Positions 52,026-64,000 of a stretch of 64,000 bases of DNA are shown one piece after another. The first letter of the stretch is position 1. Every line of letters begins with the position of its first letter. The translations under genes were made by a program, and so were the position numbers. The stretch spans positions 939,079 to 1,003,078 of the forward strand of contig MU053352.1 in NCBI GenBank assembly GCA_013239625.1, written 5' to 3'. Under the pieces are notes generated by a model. It was not told the origin of the DNA. It did no database searches and saw only the letters and a program-made list of their open reading frames with translations. This stretch comes from Lama guanicoe (lineage: Eukaryota).

Positions 52026-54924
52026 CCCTGCACCACACCCAAGGCACTGTCCCCACTGTCATCTGTCCAATGGACCACAGTGATAGTTCCCTGGTCTCCC
52101 TGCCTCCTGCCACAAGCCCCTTCAATTTCTCCTCCACATAGGATCCAGACCAAACTGAAGGGCCATTATCCAGAAAGCTTTACTGCACTTTTGCCTGCTC
52201 AAAACCTTCCACAGCCCCCCTGTATTCTGTGTTATTGCTAAGAGGTGTACAACTGAGCAGGAACAGTGTGATGGTGGAGTTCCTGGTGTCCCTGAGCTGA
52301 CTGGGGAGCAGAGGAGAGAGGAAGAGTCCTTGTTTGCCCTGGCCCCCTGGAATGACAATCCCAGGGCCCGCAGGGGAGGGCAGGAGGGGCCCCCTGGCAG
52401 CTGGGGCCAAGACAAGGCAGCTGCTTTGTTCTGAATCCACAATGGCAGGATGCCCGGCACAGGCCCGGCTTCCTCCAAGGCAGGGCGAGGGGGTGGGAGC
52501 TAGGCCAGGGGCATGCCTGGGCCCTCGCTGGGCAGGGGGAGGCTGGAGGGAGGAGAGCATGAGAAGCCTTGGGAGAGGAGCTGGGAGGCATCTGTATGAG
52601 CTAACATTACTTGACGACCCGCTAGGTTTCAGGCACTGTCGCTAAGCACATGCCATGCCTTAGCCTCCAGGATCTAGATCAGGGTGGGCTCTGCTGCTGC
52701 CCCCAAATAACACAGACACACAGGAGGGGACGACCCTACCCCCTCCCACCCCTGGTCATACAGCTCAGACTTGCCAGGGCTGGGATTTGAACCCAGGTCT
52801 GACCCCTGCTTTTGCCTAGTCTTCTCCCCCTACTCCATCCACGCCAGGCTGGTGCTGGTGCCAGGGAACCGGCAGTGAGCGGTCATCTCAGCCCTCCCAG
52901 AGCCCTGGCCAGTAGAGGACAAAGGCGATAAACCAGCTCTGAGAGTGAGGTGTGCTCAGGGCCCGGCCTGGGGATCTGGGGTGACCTTTGGCTGTGGCTG
53001 TCAACCCAGCCTGGTAAGGGGCAGGGCAGGGACGGGGATTGGTGGAAAGAGCTCCCAGGAATGGTGACACCGGCTATTCCGAGAAGGATTCCCGGCAGGG
53101 ACTAGGTACAAGGAGGGAGGCTCAGAAAGGTGAAGTGACTTGCCCCAGGCCACAGAACAAGTAAGAAGCAGAGCCTGGAGGGTCAGTGGCCTGTCAGTGA
53201 GAATCACCTGCAGAACCCTTCCCTGAGGGGATTCCTGTCAGTGAGAAAAGTGCCTGGGACACAAGCCCAGGTTTCTGACTCCCAGTCCAGTGCTCAGTGT
53301 GCCCACTGCTGGGAGGAGAGAGAAGCTGGGCTTCAACTCTGCCCTTGAGGGAATCACCTCAGTGCCATCCCATCCCCCATCCCACCCCTACAACCGCCAG
53401 GTGCTGGCTTCGATCAGATGGGAAACTTACTCTTAAGCCAAGCACTTCCTGGGGCCCAGGAGCCAGGGCGAGGTCACTGCGGGAGGCTCCTGCTATGGCA
53501 GGGGGCCCCCTTGAATGTGGAAGGGTCCTGAGTACCAAGGAGGCTCTGCCCCTACAAAGCCATCTATCCCTGTCAGGTCTGGTCAGGCCTCAGAGTGGAG
53601 CCCAGAGGTATCCAGGGTACATGGGACAGGGCTGGGCCAGTGGCATCTCTGAGTCACAGGGAGGGTGGGTGGCCAGTGACTCAGCCTAGGCCCACTTCCC
53701 CTCGGCAAGGCCAGCCTGGGCGGAGGCCTATGCTGGGAAAACCTGCATCTGTCCTCCCTGGGCCAGGGGCCTACCAGCCCCTCGCCACCCCCAACCCCAC
53801 CCTGAGGCTGACCCGGTACGCTGCCCTGTGTAGCACTGGCTGGCACAGCAGACATCCATGAATTCTGGCTACTGAAGCAACGAATGATTCCCCTAGCCCT
53901 GGCCTGGCCTAGCTCCCACCCTCCCACTTACCAGATGGGCCTGGAGCCTCAGAGAGTGGATGCCTAGCCCAAGATGGGGACCAAGCCATCTGGCACCATC
54001 ACCCACCTCTCCCCTGGCCCTGCTCACCAGTCTTCTCACCAGAATCCTCGCCATGGGGGACCATCAGCCCACTTTGCAGATAAGGAAGCCGAGGCTGAGA
54101 GGGGCAGTACCTACCTACCCCAGGTGCAATGAGGTGGGTGAAGCAGGATTAGGCCCCAGGTCTCTCTAACCCAGGCAGGGTCCTTATGGTTTTTAACAGG
54201 CAGCCTCCAGTGGAGGCAGGTGGCGGCTGGAATTAAGTGAATAGAGTCAAGGACAGAGGAGTGATGATCTGAGTCAGGACAGCTGGTCAGAGAGGAGCCC
54301 AGCAGACTCCAAGCTGAGACTGTGGCCCCAGGTTCCCCCCGTGGCAGCCCTGGAGCTCCCCCCACCCCAATTCCTTGCCCTCTGCTCCCACAGCCCTGGG
54401 CATGGCCCCTGGTCAAGGCCCTTCCTTCCTCAGGCTTCCTTTTTGGGGTTTTCTTTTAGAGGAGAGCTGCAGATTGGGTTTTCTCCCCCAAGCAAGGGTT
54501 TAGCTGTGAGAAGGGAGATGCAGATGTAGGAAGAGGTGCAGGTGGGTGGGCCTGGCCTCAGTGGGAACCTGCAGGAAGCTGGTGGGAGCAAAGGCGGAAT
54601 CCAAGGAGAGGTGAGGCCACGGGGCCAGACCCTGACAGCCTTGTGGTCTGGGGCAGGAAGATCTGACCTTGTCCTGAGCAGTGTGGAGCCACAGAGGCTG
54701 TGTGTTCTAAGAGACTCCGGGGCAGGGCTGGCGTGCAGGGGCCGGAGCAGAGGGCTGGGGTGGGGGCCTGGCCGACCACAGCAGTAATGGTGGAGGTCCT
54801 CGCTTCTGTGTGGGCGGCTAGCAGCCAGTGTGCCCTCTGCTCTCCCGATATTTCCTTTTCTTCCTCCCTATATTTCCTTAGCTGCCACCCCTGAGGAATG
54901 ACACAGGTGTCCACGCAAAAATAG

Positions 54925-54930
54925 TTTATT
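54925..54930 (-). terminator. Polyadenylation signal (AATAAA) of SLC35E4
   Basis: tttatt on the plus strand, about 510 nt after the stop codon. Confidence 0.7.
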
Positions 54931-55437
54931 TGAGGACGGAAGACCCAAAACTGGGGAGCCCGGGGCTGAGGCCACAGCAGCTGCCTGGAGTTGGCACAGA
55001 CAACCCCAACTCCCTAGGAAGCCCAGTGGCAAAGAAGCCCTTCCCCAGGCCCCTAGCTGCCTCCCCCACTTCCTGGAGGAAGGATTGCGCGACCGCCAAG
55101 ATTCATCGTCGTCGCCATCAGAACACGGTTTGGCCAGCAATACTCGGCGTCATAGTTGATACTAATTGTAATAATTACTCTCACAGGCACAGTGCCTGCA
55201 CCGGGCTCGGACCCACCATCCAGTGGTGAGTGGGGACTGAGGCGAGGAGAGGCAGGCAGGGACAGGAGAGGGGTCTCTCCGGGAGTCCCCATTCCAGCCT
55301 CCAAGGTGGCCCTTCTGGAAGGCCTGTCTTCCCCGTGGGCCCCAGAGGCTGCCCGCTCTCCACGTTTCCCATGGCCACAGGCCAAGGCTGGATTCAAGCT
55401 GGGGCTGTCCCAGGTGGTCCCTGTGAGCCCTCAGGTC

Positions 55438-55871
55438 TCAGAGACCCTTGCCAGGCTGGTCCCTCCGCCAGAAGCCCCGGCGGGCAGCCCAGGAGGCCAC
55501 GAACTCGCAGTTGTGGTAAAGGAACATTCCTGAAAGGGTGAGCGCGATGCCCACGTAGCTGAGGGCGCTAAGGCAGCTGCCAAACAGGATCCGGGACAGG
55601 ACGAGGTTGCCCACGACAGTGAGGTTGCCCAGGACGTGGACAGTGAGGGCTGAGGTGAGGGCCAGCAGGGAGAAGCTGGCCAGGTTGTAGAGTACGGACA
55701 GGAGGCAGCTGAGCAGGATGCAGGCCCAGAGGCGGGAGTCAGTGGGAGCGGGCGGCGGCGCCACGCCGGCCTCCAGCACCAGGGCCGCGCCTGCCAGCAG
55801 GCAAAAGCTGGGCAGCGAGGTGGCGTAGAGCAGGGTCATCGCGTCCAGCCTCTCCTCCTGCAGCAGGGCAC
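55438..55871 (-). CDS. SLC35E4: SLC35E4 coding exon 2 (to stop)
   Basis: Acceptor gtcctggtttcag|GT completes the Ser codon. Translates [22 protein letters not shown]...[18 protein letters not shown]. 434 nt. Total 1053 nt = 350 aa. Confidence 0.96.
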
Positions 55872-56514
55872 CTGAAACCAGGACGGCAGCTGTCAGCACC
55901 GTCAACCCCACCTGGCCCGCCCTGCATGACCCATGGTCCTCAGGAAGCCTGCCCCAGCCCCTCAGGCAGAATCAGTGACTCCCCTCGCTCTGTAATGTGA
56001 AGGTCAAGATTCCGGAGTCAGACCACCTGGGTGGTGACCTGTATTGCGCCTTACTAGCTGTGACCTGGCACTTAACTTCTGTAGGCCTCTGTTCACTCAC
56101 CTACGAAGTTTTATAACCTAATAGGCAGGGTAGTTGTAAAGATTAAAATAGATAATGTATAGAAAGCCCTTATAAGTGCTCAGCAAACGTAAAAAGGTAA
56201 GATAAATAAGGCCAATATCACCTACTCAAACCACCCCCCGGAGGCTGAAACAATAATCCGCTTGTGATATCCCAATGATCATAAACATGGGGAAAAGAAA
56301 TCTTCAGGGACTCCCCAGTGGAAAAACACATCGTGGGCTCTTAGCCAGCTTTGTAGGCCCTGTGCCAAGTGACCCCGACCAAGCTTTCTTGGCGTCAGCC
56401 CTTCTGGAACCCACTGCCCCACAGTGCGGCTCCCACATCAGAGCAGGGACAGGCTCACAGCAGGTCCCAGCCCTGCCACTTACTAGCTATGTGGCCTTTA
56501 CATTAAAAAAAGTT

Positions 56515-56630
56515 GGGGATAGCTCAGTGGTAGAGTGTGTGCTTAGCATGCACAAGGTCCTGGGTTCAATCCCCAGTACCTCCATTTAAACAAAAAAAGA
56601 AAGAGAAAGTTTTATTAAAATAACAAAAAT
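56515..56630 (+). mobile_element. tRNA-derived SINE (camelid-type)
   Basis: GGGGATAGCTCAGTGGTAGAG...GTCCTGGGTTCAATCCCCAGTACCTCC followed by an A-rich tail. Confidence 0.88.
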
Positions 56631-57359
56631 TGTTTGAGTCAAATGTTCAATGACTTATGACCACTGGGATGACAGGGGAACAAGAAAGTCATTGTCTGCT
56701 CTTGGCTGTCATTCACTGTTTATCACCATCTTTTGCTACCAACACTGGGGCTTGTCAAGGTGAATCCGGGACAAAGAGGAAATCTAAGGCTTTGCAAGGG
56801 AAGAGGAAGTCCTATTGCATTGCACCGGGGTGCCTGCACCGGTGTGTGCGTGCACACGTGATACCACCCCACTCGTTCACAAAAGAAGTGGTGCCCATCC
56901 TAAAATCACATACGGCTCAGGTGAAATGGCAGTATTTGCGTGAAGGCAACAACGATCTGGGGCCTTCTCCAAGTTTTCGCGGAGGGATGAGTAACGGATC
57001 CCGGTCCCCTCCCAGGGCTCTCTGAGCCTCTATGCATTTTCTGACACACAATTTCCAGAGGTGCTTACTCATAGGCTATGCTTAGAATAGGAAATCTTAT
57101 TTCTCTCTCGATTTCATTCTAATGTTTTGGCTTTGTTCTCTAGGCAACAGTCCCTCTGGCTCAAGCATTTCTAGAAATGAACAGATCATTGGAATGCCTC
57201 CTGTTCATTGGCTCCAAATTTAGCACCGTCATGAGCTGCCCATGTCGGGCATGTGAAAGGTGCAATCCCTGGAAGGTGTTGAGGATTTCAGGTGACCTTC
57301 ACCTCTGGCAAATTTCACCTTCTGCGGGGCAGCCAGGCAGGAAGGTCCTTCCCTCCCCA

Positions 57360-57398
57360 CTGGTCCCTCCGCCAGAAGCCCCGGCGGGCAGCCCAGGA
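57360..57398. repeat. Exact 39-bp direct copy of SLC35E4 exon 2 sequence 55456-55494
   Basis: ctggtccctccgccagaagccccggcgggcagcccagga is present at both positions. Confidence 0.95.
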
Positions 57399-57474
57399 TC
57401 TGCTCTGTATCCCACTCTGCCCTCCATCTCCCCTTGCATCTGCTCTGTATCCCACTCTGCCCTCCACCTCCCCT
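57398..57474. repeat. 40-bp-period tandem duplication
   Basis: atctgctctgtatcccactctgccctcca(t/c)ctcccct begins at 57398 and at 57438. Confidence 0.93.
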
Positions 57475-60047
57475 CCCTGCAGCCCAAGGAAAGAGCAGTG
57501 ATCCTCAGCCAGAGGTGATGCACCCCACCCGGGGCCCCCAAAATGCCAAGCCGGTCGTCCTGCTGTCTCAGTGACCCCTCCTCTGCCAGCTCCCCACAAA
57601 CCCTGCATTTCAACCTCTCCTCCTCCAAAGACATTTTTGTTTCAGCCTCTGAACACACCCAACCTTCAGCCACATGCAAACAAATGTTCTCTAGACCCTG
57701 TCTGGCTGGCTACTGGCTTCTCTCCTCTCTGCTCCGTCATGAGCTGTGTGGTATCACACAAGTCACCTTCCCTCTACGCCTGTCCTCTTGTGTCAGCAAG
57801 GGGTATGTGAGGTGCTAAGCACAGGGCCTGGTGCCCAGGGCAACTGCTCACCGCGGCAGCTGTCACGACCCCCATGCCCTGCTCCCGCCCGCTGACACCC
57901 GCTCCCAGACTGCCCTCTCCGGCTCTGGCCGTGTGGAGAGCTGGACACATGGTGAGGGCTCAGCAAGCGTTTGCTACTATTCTTACGTTATTGTTATCAT
58001 CGCTGCCTGCCTCCTCCCCTAGGCTGCCTTCTCTGGTCTCCCCTAGACGTAACTGCTGACCACACCTGTGCCCACCTTGGCCCTGGCACTTCTCCCTCGC
58101 TGTGTGATCTCTAGGTCTGAGGGCACCCCCTGACTAGCCTGAGAGTGCAGCGGACAGGGATCGGGTCAGGCCATTCCCCATTGCAGGTGGGTATAGCTGA
58201 GGACAAGTTCAGCACTTCCCACCCTGCTTCCCAGCCTTTCTGTGAGTGGGAAGGTGGCACCCTCGTGTAGGCCCCTCGGCCGGCAACTGGCCCAGGAAGG
58301 AGGGAAGCTGCCGGATCTGTCTGTGGCTGCCTGGGCACGCCTCTTCCTGGACTTTCATCCTCTGCTCCCGTGCAGCCTGTCCTTAGGAAAGGAGCTGATG
58401 TCAGCCATTTACACTCTAGTCTGAATCTAGTCCTGGTACCTTTCCTGGAACCTCTGGAAGTAGAAACCTTCTCTTGCCCAGAAACCCATGTCAGCCCCTG
58501 TCTCCAGTATATTCCTCCCCACCTCTGCCAGGCTTCTGCCTTAGCCTCCTAAGCTCCTCCTTAGCACCTTGAGCCATGTAGCCTCAACAGCCTGCCAGTG
58601 TTGCCACCAGAGCCATTAATAAATCCACCACTTAAGGGCTACCTGCCCTGTGCCAGGCCCCAGGTCACGTGCTGGGGACACAGAGCTGCCCCAAAGCCAG
58701 GCCAGGCCCTCTCAGAGCTCCTGTCTGGTGGGAAGCAGACAGGTAATCAAGTGGCTATGACACAGGGCATGTGGGGTTCTGATGGCGGAAGCAGAGGGTG
58801 CTCAGGGAGCCTGGAGAAAGCATCCAATCCACCTCAGGGACCAGGCAGGAGACAAGGAGGGAGCTAGCAGAGCCAAGGAGCAGCCTGATGCCAGGCACCT
58901 GCTGCTCCTGGCCCGTGTGCCCGAGATGTGGGTGGACGTAGCCTGTCCTGCAGGCCGGGCTCCTCCTAGGTGTGGAGCACTGGGCAGGCATGGTGGGGCC
59001 TCAAGGCTGGGGCCTTCTCAGCCTTCTGGCCCTGCCTAGGGCAGGGCACGAGGTCAAGTTTCCCACTGACTCATGCATGCCCAGAGCTCAGACCCTAGCT
59101 CTCATGTAACCTGAGGGCAAAAATAGAACTGGAGGGCCCTGGAGGACAGGGATAGGTCCTGGCGCTGCAGATGCCAGGGCAGGGTTGAGCTCTGACTTCA
59201 ACCTTCCCTGACTGCAGGCTGCTCCTAACCCCAGTCCAGTGCCCTGGGAGCACCCCTTTTCCTCTCCCAGGCTTGGGTCATAGGACCTCAGAGCTGGAAG
59301 GGAGGGAGAGCATGAAGGCCCTGAGAGCACCGAAAATATGGGGAGACTGAGGTGCAGACAAGATCCAGACCTGCCCAAGGTCATCCAGCAAGGATGAGCC
59401 AAAGTGTGGCTAGAACCCAGGCCTCTCCACCCTGAGTGGGTGCCCTGGACTTCACCATGTCTCCCTTGGATTGAGGCAGAGAGAGGGTGGGGGCTGTGAC
59501 TCAGAGCCCCTCAGTAGGACAGGCCAGAAGGTGGCCTCCACCCTTGGGCAGAATGATTTAGCTGGGTCTAGGCCTGGAGCCTCCACCCGACCCTCTGCCC
59601 AGAGCCCTGAACCCCTTACATCAGAGCTGAGGTCCAGAGTGACATGGACCAGGATTCCAGTCCTTAGGAGCTGTGTGACCTGGGCAAATCACGAACCTCT
59701 CTGGGCCTCAGTTCCATCATCTGTAAAATGGGGATGAAGGTGGTGGTTGCCATGATGACTCAAGGTCAACACTCGGCATGGGGCCTGTTACACTGTAGCT
59801 TCTAGTAAACACCAGCCCTTCCCAGACTTCGCCAAACCCCTCACCATTCAAATCCCAGCTCACAGCCTTCCTCTCTTCTGTCTCCCTGGTCCCTGCCATC
59901 AGGCCTCCCTCTGGATCCGCAGCCTTATGCCTCATCATTTGGACAGCGTGGAGTCTGCTGCCTGGGTTCAAATTTGCCTCCGCAGCTCACATGGCCCAGG
60001 GCAAGCCCCCTCTACCTGTCAAATAGGGGCAATATAGTGACTTCCTT

Positions 60048-60089
60048 GATCAGGGCAGTAGAGAGATCAGGGCAGTAGAGAGATCAGGG
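60048..60089. repeat. 17-bp tandem repeat, about 2.5 copies
   Basis: gatcagggcagtagaga at 60048 and 60065, with a partial copy at 60082. Confidence 0.9.
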
Positions 60090-60347
60090 AGATAAAGGAC
60101 TTGACAAAACACGGGCCACAGATCTAGACAGCAACTCTTACTAAATCCTGGTTGGGCCTGTAGAGCCTAAGTTTGGGGCCTGGAACTCACTGAGCTGCTG
60201 TCCCTTTCTGAGCCTCAGTCCCTGCCTCCTCCAAAGCCACACACCTCAGTTTCTTCATCTGTAAAATGGGATAATGACCTCAAGAGCCTCCAAGGCCATG
60301 CTCCCACCCTGGCCCCCACCTCCTCAGCCAGCGACCTGGGTACTCAC

Positions 60348-60966
60348 TCTGCTGAATAGACTTGAGGCCACGGAGGCAGGTGGCCGCCAGCAGGAAACCA
60401 CAGCCGGCGGGGGGTGTCCGGAGCTCTCCAGCCAGGCTGCAGGCAGCCCCCAGGCAGAGCGGGCCCATGGCGGCGAACTGCAGCGGGTGGTGGCGCCGGC
60501 CAAGCAGCAGGGCTGACAGGGCCAGCGTGATCAGTGGGGTGGTGGTGGTCGCCAGCTGCGCCAGGTCCAGGGGCACAGCGCTCAGGCCCACGTTGCCACA
60601 GGCCATCGAGGTGCCAAAGGTGAGGCTGAACAACAGCACTTGACAATGGGTGCGGCCAGGCATGGGTCGCCGTGCCCCCCGGTGGCACACCAGTGCTGCT
60701 GCCAGCATGTGCAGCGCCGAGAGCAGCAGGGGCCGCCCAAAGCCGTGCACCGTGAAAATCCACTTGTTGAGGCTGGACATGCTGGCTCCCGACAGCAGCC
60801 ACACCAGTGCCGCCATGGCCACCCGGGCCCGGCCAGGCCGCCCCAGGGCCTGAGGGGTGTCGGGGGGCCAATCTGGGGACCCAGCCAACCGCGCCCCGCC
60901 AGACACTGCCACTGCCTCAGCTGAGGTCATCCTGCTGTCATGGTGCTCCGGTGGGCAGCGGCACAT
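60348..60966 (-). CDS. SLC35E4: Solute carrier family 35 member E4, coding exon 1
   Basis: ATG 60966 gives [19 protein letters not shown]...[24 protein letters not shown]...LRGLKSIQQ, with multiple hydrophobic segments of a TPT/nucleotide-sugar transporter fold. Donor A|GTGAGT at 60347. 619 nt, phase 1. Confidence 0.96.
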
Positions 60967-61299
60967 CCGTACCAGAGGGGCTGGCGCGGGAGGCCGGCTC
61001 CCCGGTGACCAGCTCTGGGCCACCAGAGAGCCCCACTTTGGGTCAGGCCAGACCTGGGTTCCTGGAATGCCACCGAGTCTCAGACAGGTGAGGGCACTGC
61101 TTCTTGTGCCTGGCCTGCGCCAGCCTGGGGCCAGGAGCTAAGCTGCGTTCCCTGCTCAGGCAGGTCAGAGCCCAAGTCGCTGTTGCTGGGATGCCAGGCT
61201 CTCAGGGGCTCAAGCCTGGCCTAGTAGGCGTCGGGCACCTCTGCCCCGTGCCAGGGACGTCTCCACGCTTCTCCCCTACTAGTGCCAACGCTAGGCTTA

Positions 61300-61780
61300 C
61301 ATGGAATCCTCCGTCCTTTTTCTCTTCGGTCCAGACCGCGGGACCTCCTGCGTGCTCAGGCCCGGCGGGGGCGATGCGGGCTCCCGCGCCCCGTGGTGCC
61401 GGTGGTGGGGCTCGCTGCCTCCAACAGTGCCCTGGGCCTGCGGGTAGCTGACAGGCCGGCCCGCGCTCCGGCCGGTGCCAGGCGGCGAGCTCGGCTCAGC
61501 TCGGCTCCGGCTGGGCCTGCGCTCCAGCTCCGGCTCCCGGGAGCTCGGGCTGCGTCTCAGGCTGCGGCGGCGGCTCCCGCCAGGCTCGGGCGGAGAGCGA
61601 GGCTCCGCGCTCTAGGCCCCGCCTCCACGGCCGCCCCTCGCGCCCCACCCGGAAAATTGGGCCGAGCCCCTCGCGCCACCTCTGGCCAAGCCCCGCCCCC
61701 GGGAGGGATGTCCTGCCCTGCCTCCGCTCCGCCGGCTCGCAGCTCCTCCTCCATCGGCCTAGCGTCCCCTCCATCAGCAG
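61300..61780. promoter_or_regulatory. SLC35E4 CpG-island promoter / 5' leader
   Basis: Dense CpG, and GC box GCCCCGCCCCC at 61690-61700, upstream of the SLC35E4 ATG. Confidence 0.85.
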
Positions 61781-62713
61781 AGCCCCCTAGCTGGAGTGGT
61801 CAGCCTGTCTGTCCCTTCTCGCCCCACCGGTGGGGGATCAAGCCCCTGCTCACCGAGAGCCAAGGCAAGTCCCCCACAGAGAGGAACACAGGGCGGGAGA
61901 CCCTGGGGTATCTTTCTGAGGCAGCCTGATAAAAAGCCCTAGCTTCACAGAAGACTCCAACTTCAAGGACCCCCACCCCACTAGACTTCATCCTAGTACC
62001 AGCCTCGGGAACACCCAATCTCTGGCCACAGTTATCCAGTGGGACCTCCTCAGCCATTAGAATTGACCACTTGCCCCTTAAGGCCACTCCCTTGCCCCAC
62101 CCTAATAGTAACACCTCCTCTCTCTTCCAGCCCAGGACGGCCCCCTCGAGGCAGGCAGATGGAAGCTGAATCACCAAGGCCACCCACAGCTGCGGAAGCA
62201 GGGTCTTGCCGGCTGGCATCTATCCCCAGCCAGCGGCCCCTGTCCCATCCCCTGGGCACTCAGAGCTGACTCATAGCTGGACTTCCTGGGGTCTACCCTC
62301 TGCCTCTAGCCCTTGCAGGACAAAGAGCCCTAGGTGGGCTGGGAGCCAGAGCAGCTGCCACTAAGCCCTTGCCCTTGCCTGGTTCTTGCCTTTCCCATCG
62401 TAACAGACGGTTCCTCTCTGAACTCAGGGTCTGGGAAACAGCACACACTCTCAGAGCAGGACAGGCTGATCAGGATTCCAGGCTGGGCCGTGGCCTCTCT
62501 GAGCTCTGGAGTCCAACTGTGAAAGAATCATAGGTGCCCAGTGCCAGCTGCTAACCTCTTTCCTGATGTTGGGCTTCCTTCTCTGTGTAAGCCCCTTGCC
62601 CACTGGGACACGGTTCATCCCCCTAGCCTGTTGTCTCACCAGTAAGTCCTTGATGACAGCAGCCTGTCTGGAGGAGTAAGACCACAAAGAGGGATGGCTT
62701 AATACGGTCTATG

Positions 62714-62831
62714 TCGCCCTCTTGTGGTCAGAATGCAGAATTGCTGCAAATGTCCCCTCATCTCCATCCCAATCTTTGGACTGGGATTAAAATCTCCCAG
62801 CCCCACTGTTGATTCAGATGCCCTCTAGTGG
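62714..62831 (-). promoter_or_regulatory. Two tandem CTCF motifs (reverse orientation)
   Basis: Minus-strand TGACCACAAGAGGGCGA (62714-62730) and CCACTAGAGGGCA (62819-62831). Confidence 0.55.
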
Positions 62832-62959
62832 GCCCAAGAATGTGCTTTTCTTTTTTTCCATTTGCCTCTGGTGATTCTGATGCCCACAGGAGCTTGCAAA
62901 TCACTGCTGGATAGTCCAAATTGTAGGGCGGGAGATTTCTACGTGAAGGCCTGGGTAGG

Positions 62960-63383
62960 ACCTCTGCCTCTACAAGGATTAAATCCTGAGCTGCTTCAGC
63001 CGCTGACCTTCAACACACCCTGAAAGGTGATCAGGAATGAGGCACTCTGTGCTCTGGGAAAACTGGCAGAACAGGCTTCAGATATTTTCGGGAGAATTTT
63101 ATGAGCCCTAATTCTTGCATCTCCTCATATCTAGAAAAGAACTAAAATCATTAATGGTGACATCTGCTCCTCATGACCAGAGGCAAGCCTCTGCCAAAAT
63201 GTGTGCTTGACTGCACGTACCCCCCTTCACTGAACTCGTATATAACACTGAGTTCCCCCTGCCTCTTCAGAGCAGCTATTCGGAGCTCTCTGTAATGCTG
63301 TCTCCCTGGCTGTAGTCCTCATCTTGTCCCAAATAAAACTGAACTCACAACTCTCACGTTGTGGGATGTTATTTCAGCTGACA
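62960..63383 (+). mobile_element. ERV1-type LTR (5' boundary uncertain)
   Basis: TATA-like tatataac, AATAAA at about 63332, and an end at tttcagctgaca (CA terminus). Confidence 0.7.
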
Positions 63384-64000
63384 GTAGGCCTTGGTGGGAG
63401 GGAGCAAGCTCTACACCCTGGGAGGGTAGCGGGGGGGAGGCTGAAGGCAGAGCCCAAAGCAGGGGTTGTGCAGCAAGTGGGGTGGCGTCCTAACTGTGCT
63501 TTGGGGAAAAGCTCTGGGTCCTGAGCCACCAGTTGAATTTGGACTCTGCCATGTAATCTTAACAATCATTGAAGCCCCCAGTTTTCAGTGCTTGAGTGGA
63601 GGAGCCAGGAGGCCACCCTAGAACAGATCTGTCTCTTAGCCACGCCCCCAGCCTGACACTGTGAGTGAGTCATTCTCCCTCTCTGAGCACCGATTTCCTT
63701 GTCTGTAAAGCAGAGAGGAAAACAGAAGTATGAGCAACCTCAGAGTTGTGCAAGAAATTGTCTAGCATGTACATGCTCCCTAGACAATAATCAACGTCAC
63801 AACCGCCACATCGGTCCCCCCAGTACCCCAGAGAACGCTCACCCTGCTCCTGCTCCCTGAGGGGTATCTCCCCCTTTTCTGCTCTAGTCCCTGCATTGGT
63901 TCCAAACATGAGGCTCAGGATGCTGGGACTCAATCAACTCTTTAATCATTTTAGTGGCCGGATGAAAGCAGCCCTGCAGAGCTCTCTCCGGCTGCTACAC

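Noticed and set aside
57300..57400. Intronic 39-bp copy as an alternative terminal exon of SLC35E4
   Set aside because: The upstream minus-strand sequence is purine-rich with no polypyrimidine tract, so there is no credible acceptor.

Overview
Mammalian genomic DNA with introns, CpG islands and many SINE/LINE/LTR/DNA-transposon relics. The tRNA-derived SINEs resemble those of camelids, but that assignment is an inference. The window is syntenic with the human SLC35E4-DUSP18-OSBP2 cluster. Four genes can be reconstructed with in-phase GT-AG junctions. OSBP2 is on the minus strand, with coding exons 1-2 (PH domain) here and the rest beyond the left edge. A 3-exon, 194-aa C5orf52-homologous gene is on the minus strand and the ORF track shows it only in fragments. 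DUSP18 is on the plus strand with a single coding exon of 188 aa. SLC35E4 is on the minus strand with 2 exons and 350 aa. I see no evidence of a wholly new multi-gene system. The most interesting signals are: (1) a candidate internal OSBP2 promoter and first exon encoding a phase-compatible MACC N-terminus that would replace the PH domain; (2) the head-to-head C5orf52-like/DUSP18 promoter with a 22-bp-periodic NRF1-like array and three RFX X-boxes; (3) an exact 39-bp copy of SLC35E4 coding sequence inside its own intron, abutting a 40-bp tandem duplication; (4) convergent CTCF motifs bracketing the cluster. Gene and repeat names come from recalled sequence similarity, not from database searches.
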